64,000 bases of DNA from Candidatus Cloacimonadota bacterium (GTDB taxonomy: Bacteria; Cloacimonadota; Cloacimonadia; Cloacimonadales; TCS61). The notes below the pieces were generated by a model. It saw nothing but the letters and a program-made list of their open reading frames with translations. It had not been told where the DNA came from and ran no database searches. A program made the position numbers and the translations under genes. Positions 55,416 through 64,000 of this stretch are shown here, piece after piece; positions within the stretch are counted from its first letter, which is position 1; each line of letters starts with the position of its first letter. The stretch lies in assembly GCA_021734835.1 (NCBI GenBank), contig JAIPIH010000002.1:141979-205978 (forward strand), given 5' to 3'.

Positions 55416-57632
55416 CTAATAAACAGTTTTTTTACATGATGGGCATTCTTTAAAACTACCCTTAACTTTGTTTTTTTTCTCTTCCATAAAATGATTTCCG
55501 CATTCCGGACATTTAATAGCAACAGGCTTATTATTAGTTATAAACTTACATTCGGGATAATTTGAGCAGGAATAAAAATATTTGCCTTTTTTATTCTTCT
55601 TTTCGGTTAGTTCTCCATCCTCACAATCTGGGCATTTTACACCAATCGTATAGGGTTCTGTATATTTGCATTTAGGAAAGTTTGAACAAGCAATAAATTT
55701 ACCAAATCTACCTTCTCTCAAGATCAATTCTGAATTGCATTCAGGGCATTTTCTCCCTAAAGTTTCAGGTTTTAATATGTCTATTTTTCCTGCACTGTTT
55801 TTTGTGAAATTTTTTATGTTTTTGCACTTTGGATAATTCGAACAAGCTAGGAATTGACCATTTCTACCCCATTTCAAGATCATTGCATTACCACATTTTT
55901 CACATTTTAGATCAGTTTTTTCAACTAAGCTTTGTTTAGCACTTTTATAATCGATCTTAGAGATCAATGAATGTAGTGATTCGTAATATTTTGTTAACAA
56001 TTCATGCCATTCAACATCGCCATACATTACTTTATCAAGGCTGTCTTCCATCTCAGCTGTAAATTCGATGTTAAAGAATTCATCGAAATTGGAAACTAAA
56101 AATTTGTTAACAGTTGTTCCCAATTCAGTTGGATGAAATCGTTTATTTGTCAGGAAAACATACTTTCTTGACCTGATAGTGTTTGTTATTGCAGCATAAG
56201 TGGAAGGACGTCCGATCCCTTTTGATTCCAGTTCTTTGATCAATAGAGCTTCTGTGTAGCGGGCTGGTGGTTTAGTAAAATGCTGTTTTGAGTTTAACTC
56301 TTTAATTTCCAATACATCATTTTCCTGATAAGCATCATCAATTTTTTCACCTAAGATAACCATCGTGTGTGGAAAAACCTCCAGGAACCCCTTGTTCTCG
56401 ATGGAACTACCTGTTGCATTGAAAACAACTTTTCCGATAATAATGATCAGTTCTTTATTATTCAGTTTAGCAGGGATCATTTGACTTGCAATGAACTTCT
56501 GCCAGATGATCGTATATAGTTTCAATTGATCTTTTGTTAAATATTGTTTAATTTTTTCGGGAGTATAAAAGCAATCTGTAGGTCTTATAGCTTCGTGAGC
56601 ATCTTGGGCAGAATTTTTGTTCTTGAAATATCTCGATTTTGGATTTACTTTGTCAGAGCCAAATCTCTCAGAGATCATCTGCCTTGTTCTTGTTACTGCT
56701 TCTGAAGCTACCCGAAGTGAATCGGTACGCATATACGTGATCAATCCTACCGAACCTTTATCCAGTTCAATACCTTCGTATAATTGCTGAGCGATCATCA
56801 TTGTTTTTTTGGCAGAAAAATTCAGTATCCGCGCTGCATCTTGTTGAATTGTACTGGTAATATAAGGTGGTCCTGGATTGATTTTTCTTTGAGATCTTTT
56901 TTCGGAATCTATAACGAATTTCTCATTTTCAATTGAGGTTAATAGAACTTCGGCTTCTTCTTTTGTTTTAAAGTCAGGTTTTTTTCCTTTCCATTTTTTC
57001 AAAGCAGCCTTAAAAGCTGTAAGATCATCTTTAAATAATTCAGCCGAAACATTCCATGATTCAACTGGTTTAAAGTTTAAGATTTTTTCTTCCCGTTCAC
57101 AGATTATCCTCAGAGCAACAGACTGGACCCTTCCTGCACTTAAATTTTTTGTAACGACTTTCCATAAGATCGGGCTAATATTATAACCAACGATCCTATC
57201 CAGAATTCTACGGGCCTGTTGAGAGTTAACTTTTTTCTCATCTATCTTCCCCGGATTTTCCAGAGCTTTTCGGATAGCATCTTTTGTGATCTCGTTAAAA
57301 ATTATTCTATGAACATTTTTATCTTTGATCTCCTTTTTCAGGACTTCCGCTAAATGCCAGGCTATTGCTTCACCTTCCCTATCATGGTCGGATGCCAGGT
57401 AGATATTGTCTGCTTCTTTAGCAGCAGTTTTAAGAGTACTGATCACCTTTTTTTTAGCCGGATCAATGATATACTTAGCTTTAAAGTTATTGGCCGGATC
57501 AACACCAAAAGTCTTTTTTGGCAGATCACGAATATGACCGTTTGATGCTTTTATTAAATACTTATTCTGCAGAAACTTACTAATTGTTTTTGCTTTTGCC
57601 GGTGACTCAACTATAATTAAATTCTTACCCAT
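55416..57632 (-). CDS. topA: DNA topoisomerase I
   Basis: TOPRIM N-terminus LIIVESPAKAKTI, active-site region ITYMRTDS, and four C-terminal zinc ribbons (C..C...........C....PxC). Confidence 0.95.
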   Translation of the reverse strand: MGKNLIIVESPAKAKTISKFLQNKYLIKASNGHIRDLPKKTFGVDPANNFKAKYIIDPAKKKVISTLKTAAKEADNIYLASDHDREGEAIAWHLAEVLKKEIKDKNVHRIIFNEITKDAIRKALENPGKIDEKKVNSQQARRILDRIVGYNISPILWKVVTKNLSAGRVQSVALRIICEREEKILNFKPVESWNVSAELFKDDLTAFKAALKKWKGKKPDFKTKEEAEVLLTSIENEKFVIDSEKRSQRKINPGPPYITSTIQQDAARILNFSAKKTMMIAQQLYEGIELDKGSVGLITYMRTDSLRVASEAVTRTRQMISERFGSDKVNPKSRYFKNKNSAQDAHEAIRPTDCFYTPEKIKQYLTKDQLKLYTIIWQKFIASQMIPAKLNNKELIIIIGKVVFNATGSSIENKGFLEVFPHTMVILGEKIDDAYQENDVLEIKELNSKQHFTKPPARYTEALLIKELESKGIGRPSTYAAITNTIRSRKYVFLTNKRFHPTELGTTVNKFLVSNFDEFFNIEFTAEMEDSLDKVMYGDVEWHELLTKYYESLHSLISKIDYKSAKQSLVEKTDLKCEKCGNAMILKWGRNGQFLACSNYPKCKNIKNFTKNSAGKIDILKPETLGRKCPECNSELILREGRFGKFIACSNFPKCKYTEPYTIGVKCPDCEDGELTEKKNKKGKYFYSCSNYPECKFITNNKPVAIKCPECGNHFMEEKKNKVKGSFKECPSCKKTVY

Positions 57633-57633
57633 A

Positions 57634-58068
57634 TTAGTTTATCTCTTCTCCAAAATTATTTTCAGGTTCTTGCATAAAAAACAGTTCTAACAGATCTTTT
57701 AATGTAATTTCTTCCACGCCAGAAAATATTATGTAGTTTACAATGTTATCGATCATCTCTTTGGTGATTTTTTGTTTAAGAAAACCATTAAGCTGAATAG
57801 ACAAAAAAATTATTTTTTCAAAAATTCCTCTATTGATCGAGCCTAATTTTAAAAGATGAATTAGATATCCAAATGCTTCCGGAGTAACTATTTTACGCTC
57901 ATCATCGGCTAATATCCTATTATAATTTTTCGATTCCTGCCGAATGACTACCGATTCCATTAAATCATCTAACTCCTGCTCTGATAACCCTAACTTCTTT
58001 AACTTCTTACGTGCAGGTTTATCTGTGAGTATTGATTTAAGAAATTCTTTTGTACCTGGTTCTGACAT
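57634..58068 (-). CDS. hypothetical small acidic protein between secA and topA (weak Smg/DUF494-like impression)
   Basis: 144-aa ORF whose stop lies 1 nt from the topA start. Helical and acidic. The family call is not secure. Confidence 0.45.
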   Translation of the reverse strand: MSEPGTKEFLKSILTDKPARKKLKKLGLSEQELDDLMESVVIRQESKNYNRILADDERKIVTPEAFGYLIHLLKLGSINRGIFEKIIFLSIQLNGFLKQKITKEMIDNIVNYIIFSGVEEITLKDLLELFFMQEPENNFGEEIN

Positions 58069-58095
58069 ATTATTTCCTATATTTTTGGTTGTGAT

Positions 58096-61000
58096 CTAAG
58101 TTATTTTGCCACAACATTTTTTATACTTTTTACCACTACCGCAAGGGCAAGGGTCATTCCTTCCAATCTTCTCACCCACGGTTCGCGGTTGAAGTTTTGG
58201 TTTTTCCGGTGCATTAGTTGTTACATTTTGATCCTCAGCAGGAGGTGCTTGAAAGGCAGAACTTGATTCATGCCTCTGTTTAGCCATTTTCAAGAAATCC
58301 TGTATCTTTTCTGGTGCAATAATATAAGTTGTAAAGACTTTTTTTGTTACACTCATGTTTATATTTGCAACTAATGTCTGAAAAAGATAAAATGATTCTT
58401 TCTTGTATTCTATGAGAGGATCTTTCTGACCGTAAGCTCTTAGTCCAATTCCTTCTTTCAATAGATCCATTTCATGAAGATGATCACGCCACAATGAATC
58501 TACAACATCCAATAAAACCCTTCTTTCAATTTCACGTAATTGTTCGGATGTCAAATCATCTTCTCTGTCTTGATACGCTTTCAGGACTCCTTCGTATAAA
58601 TTCTCCAGCAATGTCTCAAAATCCATATTGTCTGTTACAATGTTCTGTTCATATAGGACCACATTTGTATTTACTCGGATCCAGTCGATAATTTTAGAAA
58701 TATCCCAATTTTCGTAATACTTATCTTCACCGATGATGTTATCAGCAATTTCGGAAATAGTATCTTTGATCATTTCAATGATCTCAAATTTCAGATCATA
58801 CCCTTTGAGGACATTACGACGATAATTATAGATCACGTTTCTTTGTTGATTTATAACTTCATCATATTTAATAAGTTGTTTTCTACTTTCAAAATTATAA
58901 GACTCAACCCTTTTCTGAGCTTTACTAACAGCTTTTGTCATCCAGGGATGCACAATAGCCTCCCCTTTTTGTAAACCCATTCTTACCATCATAGGACCCA
59001 TTTTTTCAGATCCAAAAAGCCTCATTAGATCATCTTCTAATGAAAGATAGAAACGTGAAGTTCCGGGATCACCCTGACGTCCGCTTCTTCCTCTGAGTTG
59101 CCTGTCTATTCTTCTACTTTCATGCCTTTCTGTACCTATAACATGTAATCCGTCCAAAGGTAAGCCATAGGGATATTCCTCACTTGTTTTTTGAGTAACA
59201 CCCAAATAGCTGGCTTTTTCTTGGGTAACTACTGATTTTCCTAATTTGATATCTGTTCCTCTACCTGCCATATTTGTTGCAATTGTTACAGCTTCCGGAT
59301 GACCTGCTGATTTAATGATTTCCGCCTCTTTTTCATGATATTTTGCGTTAAGAACATTGTGCTTAATTCCGCGCCTTCTAAGTAATCGCGACAGAGTTTC
59401 AGAAACTTCAACAGAGACCGTACCAACAAGAACAGGTTTTTTAAGTTCATGCCAATGAGCTATTTCATCCAGAATAGCTTGATATTTCTCATTTTTTGTT
59501 AAATATATAACGTCATTGTGATCAATTCTTGATATTGGCAGATTAGTTGGGATTACACTAACGGGCAAGTTATATATCTCCATGAATTCTGATTCTTCAG
59601 TTATCGCTGTTCCTGTCATTCCAGCAAGTTTATCGTACATTCGAAAGTAATTTTGCAGTGTTATCGTCGCAAATGTTTGGGTAGCTTCTTCAATTTTAAC
59701 GCTTTCTTTAGCTTCCAACGCCTGGTGTAAACCATCACTGAATCTTCTTCCCTGCATCATTCTTCCTGTGAATTGATCTACTATCATGACTTTATTATCC
59801 ATCACCACATAATCGATTTCCTTTTCAAACAACACATAAGCTTTAAGTAATTGTTTTATATTGTGAAGCTTCTCACTTTTATCCATGAATTTCGAAGTTT
59901 CTTCTTCTTTCTTAGCAGTTTTTTGTTTAAGAGTAAGATTCTCCTCATTGTCAATTTGATCAACGATCTCATCTAAACTAGTCATAACAAATAGGTCAGG
60001 TTCTTTCTGAGCAACAAGGTTATTTCCCTTCTCGCTAAGTTCAACGCTATTTTGCCTTTCTTCTACTACATAGAATAATTCTTCATCAATTTCATACATT
60101 TTTTTATCACGCAGATAATAACCTTCAAATTCGGTTACTAGTTTTTTAAGTTCTCCCTCTTTCATGAATTTAATAAAGGATTTGTGTTTAGGAGCTGCCC
60201 GTTTCATTAACAGTAATGCTTTACCAACAATATCTGCATTATATTCTTCATTGTTCAACTCGCTTTTAATTTCCGAAACATATTTATTTACTAAAATATT
60301 CTGAGCATTGAATAGTTTTAATATTATCGGTTTTAATTCTTTGAAGAAATTAATGCTCTCTTTTACAGGACCGCTTATGATCAGCGGAGTTCTGGCTTCA
60401 TCGATAAGAACACTATCAACTTCATCTACAATTGCAAATTGCAGATTTCTCTGCACAAGCCTTTCTTCCGAAACCGCCATGTTATCTCTCAGATAATCAA
60501 ATCCAAATTCACTATTCGTACCGTAAGTTATATCACAATCATAGGCAGCTTTCTTTTCTTCACTGCTTAATCCGCCGATATTACAACCTATGGTTAGATC
60601 ATGAAATTCAAATATTGGTGACATCCATTCCGCATCACGTTGAGCAAGATAATCGTTTACCGTTATCAAATGTACTCCGCGTCCCAAAAGTGCATTGAGG
60701 AAAAGAGGAAATGTTGCGACAAGTGTTTTACCTTCGCCTGTTGCCATCTCTGCGATCTTTCCTTCATGCAATACAACGGCTCCAATCAATTGAACATCAA
60801 ATGGAATCATAAACCAAGTTTCATCATCACCGCGTACTTCGTATTCATACCCGATCAAACGACGGCAGGTGTCTTTAACTATTGCAAATACTTCCGGTAA
60901 ATTCTCATCTAGAATTGATTGGGTTTCTTCTTTTAATTTTTTCTCCAGCTTATCAATATTGTTGCCTAACGTAGTTTTTTTATTTTCCTCCGGTTCTGTT

Positions 61001-61218
61001 TGATATTCCCGGTTAAGATCTTCCAATTCGGTTTCAAGCGGATTTAAAGTATTTTGAATTTCTTCTTTTATCTGCTGGACCCTAATTTTGATAGCCTCAT
61101 CTGAAAGCTTTTTTAATTGCTCAATATGTTCATTTATTTCAGAGATACGGGGCAGCATTTTCTTTGCTTCCCTATCTTCTCTATCTCCAAATATTGTTTT
61201 TACAAACTTTTTTATCAT
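58096..61218 (-). CDS. secA: preprotein translocase ATPase SecA
   Basis: Walker A MATGEGKTLVA and DEVDSVLIDEARTPLIISG. C-terminal zinc motif CPCGSGKKYKKCCG. 1040 aa. Confidence 0.95.
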   Translation of the reverse strand: MIKKFVKTIFGDREDREAKKMLPRISEINEHIEQLKKLSDEAIKIRVQQIKEEIQNTLNPLETELEDLNREYQTEPEENKKTTLGNNIDKLEKKLKEETQSILDENLPEVFAIVKDTCRRLIGYEYEVRGDDETWFMIPFDVQLIGAVVLHEGKIAEMATGEGKTLVATFPLFLNALLGRGVHLITVNDYLAQRDAEWMSPIFEFHDLTIGCNIGGLSSEEKKAAYDCDITYGTNSEFGFDYLRDNMAVSEERLVQRNLQFAIVDEVDSVLIDEARTPLIISGPVKESINFFKELKPIILKLFNAQNILVNKYVSEIKSELNNEEYNADIVGKALLLMKRAAPKHKSFIKFMKEGELKKLVTEFEGYYLRDKKMYEIDEELFYVVEERQNSVELSEKGNNLVAQKEPDLFVMTSLDEIVDQIDNEENLTLKQKTAKKEEETSKFMDKSEKLHNIKQLLKAYVLFEKEIDYVVMDNKVMIVDQFTGRMMQGRRFSDGLHQALEAKESVKIEEATQTFATITLQNYFRMYDKLAGMTGTAITEESEFMEIYNLPVSVIPTNLPISRIDHNDVIYLTKNEKYQAILDEIAHWHELKKPVLVGTVSVEVSETLSRLLRRRGIKHNVLNAKYHEKEAEIIKSAGHPEAVTIATNMAGRGTDIKLGKSVVTQEKASYLGVTQKTSEEYPYGLPLDGLHVIGTERHESRRIDRQLRGRSGRQGDPGTSRFYLSLEDDLMRLFGSEKMGPMMVRMGLQKGEAIVHPWMTKAVSKAQKRVESYNFESRKQLIKYDEVINQQRNVIYNYRRNVLKGYDLKFEIIEMIKDTISEIADNIIGEDKYYENWDISKIIDWIRVNTNVVLYEQNIVTDNMDFETLLENLYEGVLKAYQDREDDLTSEQLREIERRVLLDVVDSLWRDHLHEMDLLKEGIGLRAYGQKDPLIEYKKESFYLFQTLVANINMSVTKKVFTTYIIAPEKIQDFLKMAKQRHESSSAFQAPPAEDQNVTTNAPEKPKLQPRTVGEKIGRNDPCPCGSGKKYKKCCGKIT

Positions 61219-61398
61219 ATCATTAATTCCCTAATAGAAAATTTGAACAATCCTTTTTTCCAATGCTTGCTTGTCAAATAAATTAAGGTTATAAGCCGAA
61301 TGTGAAAAATTAAAAACTATACATCGTTGACAATCTACTTGACCTACAAGCAATTGATAATTTTTTAAACTTTAAATAATATAAACAGGAGTTTGAAA

Positions 61399-62061
61399 AT
61401 GAAAAATTTTTTTTTGATCACACTGTTAACATTTAGCGTTTTGGTTTTTTGTGAAGAAGTTTCTATCAAAAGTAATATGAGAAATATGAGCGTTAATGTT
61501 GAGAGTCAAACAGGCAAGATAAATATTGCTGATGAAATTGCCAAGAGATTAGACATTCTACAGGAAAAATACATTTCAAAATTGAACAAATTAGATCAGA
61601 AACGAACTGAGAAGATAATTGAAGATATCTATGAATTATTAGTCTTATTTCCCGAAGATATAACTACAGAACAGATCAACCAAACATCAGATATTAATAT
61701 CACTTTTGAGATCAAAGATCAGACTACTGAACCTACCACAAATACTAACTTGGGTGTAAAGGAAACCATCAGTCCTCAAGCTCAGAGTGATTCCGAGTTT
61801 CAAGCATTAATTGCAAATGTAAAAAATGAAGGATTTGCCGATGATAAAACTTCAGTTGTAAGAATTACAGCTAAAAGTAGATACTTTAATATTTCACAGC
61901 TCATCTCCTTGCTGGATGTTTTTTCATTTTCTGATGATAAAATAAACATCGTTACAATTGTATATCCCAGAATAGTTGATAAAGTTAACGCTCATAATTT
62001 ACTTGGAGCTTTTACCTATTCTGCCGATAAAGCAAAGATTGAACAGATCATATCCCAGTAG
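61399..62061 (+). CDS. secreted hypothetical protein (C-terminal region resembles DUF4476)
   Basis: ATG at 61399 lies 7 nt after AGGAG. Signal peptide MKNFFLITLLTFSVLVFC. C-terminal pattern F.DDK......A....F...Q...LL..FSFSDDK. Confidence 0.5.
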   Translation: MKNFFLITLLTFSVLVFCEEVSIKSNMRNMSVNVESQTGKINIADEIAKRLDILQEKYISKLNKLDQKRTEKIIEDIYELLVLFPEDITTEQINQTSDINITFEIKDQTTEPTTNTNLGVKETISPQAQSDSEFQALIANVKNEGFADDKTSVVRITAKSRYFNISQLISLLDVFSFSDDKINIVTIVYPRIVDKVNAHNLLGAFTYSADKAKIEQIISQ

Positions 62062-62127
62062 TTATAACTTAATTTTCTAATGTGCAAGTGAACTAGATAG
62101 TGATCAATTAATAAATTGGAGGATCAG

Positions 62128-64000
62128 ATGATACTTGAAAAAGCAAAACTTTCTATTGATAAATTGAAAAATATCCAAGATCAGGCGAGAGAAGCTCGAG
62201 GTGCAATTTTAAAAATGACAACTTTAGCAAACTCGGGGCATCCCGGAGGCTCGATGTCAACTATTGACTTTCTGTTAACCTTATATCACATGATAAATAT
62301 TGATCCTTTAAATCCTAAAATGGAGCAGCGAGACCGCATAGTATTCAGCCATGGACATATTTCTCCAGCTGCATATTCTACTCTAGCCAAATGCGGTTTC
62401 TTTGCTATCGATGATGCCATTTCTCAATTCCGGTTAGCCGGCAGCATCTTTGAAGGACATGTTGAGCCATCTGTACCGGGAATTGAATGGGCAAGTGGAA
62501 ATTTGGGACAAGGACTTTCTGCGGGGTGCGGCTTTGCTTTAGCTGCAAAATTAAAAAAACTCGATTATCATACTTTTGTGCTTATGGGTGATGGAGAACA
62601 ACAAAAAGGTCAATTGAGTGAGGCAAGAAGATTTGCAGTTAAATATAATCTGGGCATTACAGCTTTTATTGATTATAATCAGTTGCAAATAAGCGGAAGT
62701 ATACATAAAGTTATGCCGCAATATATAACAGACAATTATCTTTCGGACGGCTGGGATGTTGTTGAAATAGACGGTCATAATCTGGTTGAAATAAGAGATG
62801 CGATCCTGGATGCTTATCAAAACGATAAACCTACTGTGATAATTGGTCACACAACAATGGGTAAAGGTGTATCATTTATAGAGAATAAAGAGAAATATCA
62901 TGGCTCTCCACTTTCTGAAGAGCAGCTAAATCTGGCTTTGAAAGAATTGAAGCTGGAAAATGACCTGGAAAGATATAAAAAACTTAGGAGTGGATTTATC
63001 CCATCCTCTCATCTCAAAAAGCAGGAAAATTCTGATTTTCCAATTAAAACAGGAAATCCAATACTTTACAAAGAAAGAACAGATAACCGCTCTGCCTGGG
63101 GAAATGCAGTTGCTAATATTGCTGCAATAAATAAAAATGCTTCCATGGTGGTTTTCGATTGTGACTTACAGGTCAGTGTAAAAACCAAAGAATTTGAAGC
63201 GGTACTTCCGGAGAATTTTATTCAGGTCGGTATAATGGAACATAATACAGCTGTTGTTGCTGCAGCTGTTTCAAAAGAAGGTTTTCAAACTTTCTTCCCT
63301 GATTTCGGTGTCTTCGGTGTTGATGAAACTTATAATCAACATAGATTGAGCGATATCAACGAGGCAAATCTTAAGGTGATCACTACTCATGTAGGTTTAG
63401 ATGTTGGAGAAGACGGGAAAACCCATCAATGTATCGACTACCTCGGGTTAATGAAAAATCTCTTTCATTTTAAAATCATTATTCCGGCTGATCCAAATCA
63501 GACAGATAGGGTCATCAGATATATTTCAGGAAAATCAGGTAATTACCTGGTCGCAATGGGAAGATCCAAACTAGACATCATTACTCAGAACAGCGGAGAA
63601 ATCTATTTTGGAGAAGATTATCAATTTGAATACGGTAAGGCAGATCTGTTTAGGAATGGAAATGACGCAGCCTTATTTGTAATGGGAACTTTATCTGGCA
63701 AAGCCTTAGAAATCGCAGATAAACTCAGCAAACAAAATATATCTCTGCAAGTCTGGAATATATCATGCCCAGTTGACCTCGATAAAAAAGCATTAATTGC
63801 AGCTGCAAAAACGGGAACAGTTTTTTCTTATGAAGACCATAATGTTCATACCGGTCTGGGAAATAGCATTGCGGATAAAATGATGCAATTGGGATTAAAT
63901 TGTAAATTTATCAAATTCGGTGTGAAAGAATATGCTTTTTCCGGAAACAGCGACGATGTATTTAAATATAGCAAATTGGATGTAGATTCTGTCGTTGAGA
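62128..64000 (+). CDS. tkt: transketolase (single-chain, N- and C-terminal modules fused), 3' end beyond window
   Basis: Absent from the ORF track because no stop falls inside the window. ATG at 62128 follows GGAGGA. Translation gives ANSGHPGGSMS, TPP motif GDGEQQKG...DYN and GEDGKTHQ. The frame is open to nt 64000. Confidence 0.88.
   Translation, partial: MILEKAKLSIDKLKNIQDQAREARGAILKMTTLANSGHPGGSMSTIDFLLTLYHMINIDPLNPKMEQRDRIVFSHGHISPAAYSTLAKCGFFAIDDAISQFRLAGSIFEGHVEPSVPGIEWASGNLGQGLSAGCGFALAAKLKKLDYHTFVLMGDGEQQKGQLSEARRFAVKYNLGITAFIDYNQLQISGSIHKVMPQYITDNYLSDGWDVVEIDGHNLVEIRDAILDAYQNDKPTVIIGHTTMGKGVSFIENKEKYHGSPLSEEQLNLALKELKLENDLERYKKLRSGFIPSSHLKKQENSDFPIKTGNPILYKERTDNRSAWGNAVANIAAINKNASMVVFDCDLQVSVKTKEFEAVLPENFIQVGIMEHNTAVVAAAVSKEGFQTFFPDFGVFGVDETYNQHRLSDINEANLKVITTHVGLDVGEDGKTHQCIDYLGLMKNLFHFKIIIPADPNQTDRVIRYISGKSGNYLVAMGRSKLDIITQNSGEIYFGEDYQFEYGKADLFRNGNDAALFVMGTLSGKALEIADKLSKQNISLQVWNISCPVDLDKKALIAAAKTGTVFSYEDHNVHTGLGNSIADKMMQLGLNCKFIKFGVKEYAFSGNSDDVFKYSKLDVDSVVE

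Noticed and set aside
62551-62850. 99-aa minus-strand ORF
   Set aside because: It is antisense within the transketolase coding frame, which is open from 62128 to the window end and carries clear TPP motifs.
1-64000. Search for CRISPR arrays, transposases, integrases, phage genes, toxin-antitoxin pairs or known defence-system genes
   Set aside because: I saw no repeat-spacer structure and no ORF with recombinase, transposase or nuclease hallmarks. The tRNA-Leu at 39623 is followed by tig, not by an integrase. Composition looks uniform by eye, so there is no evidence of an island.

Overview
This is an AT-rich (roughly mid-30s % GC by eye), densely coding bacterial chromosomal segment with about 60 protein genes and one tRNA-Leu(UAG). 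I found no rRNA, CRISPR array, transposase, integrase or obvious foreign island. Many genes are joined by TAATG or ATGA overlaps, which suggests long translationally coupled operons.

Most of the content is core housekeeping:
- tilS-hpt-ftsH, hslVU, tig-clpP-clpX and sppA
- uvrA, dapD plus an aminotransferase, and nadE
- secA, a small ORF and topA
- a 3'-truncated transketolase gene

Anaerobic amino-acid-fermenter hallmarks are present: indolepyruvate:ferredoxin oxidoreductase iorAB, and a ferredoxin / aldehyde:ferredoxin oxidoreductase / ThiF-like / ThiS-like operon. Diderm envelope markers are also present (a TonB-dependent receptor, lipoproteins, OMP-like C-termini). This would fit an uncultured FCB-type lineage such as Cloacimonadota, but that is inference only.

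Items most worth follow-up:
1. A four-gene, tightly coupled membrane-protein module (4922-8207) with no family I can recognise. It is followed directly by a diguanylate cyclase-mobB-kinase-like operon.
2. A textbook sigma-54 promoter (TGGCAC-N5-TTGCA, 32131-32146) with an upstream dyad. It precedes a 24-codon mini-ORF, an unusual PDZ / Gly-rich / beta-barrel-like protein, a HAMP histidine kinase, a GAFTGA-containing sigma-54 activator and sppA.
3. ECF-type transporter genes interleaved with a TonB-dependent receptor (1-4818).
4. Three paralogous TPR / coiled-coil / TM / GGDEF proteins.
5. Tandem RRM RNA-binding proteins with a shared Arg-rich tail.

All family assignments come from motif recognition by eye. 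No searches or computations were run.
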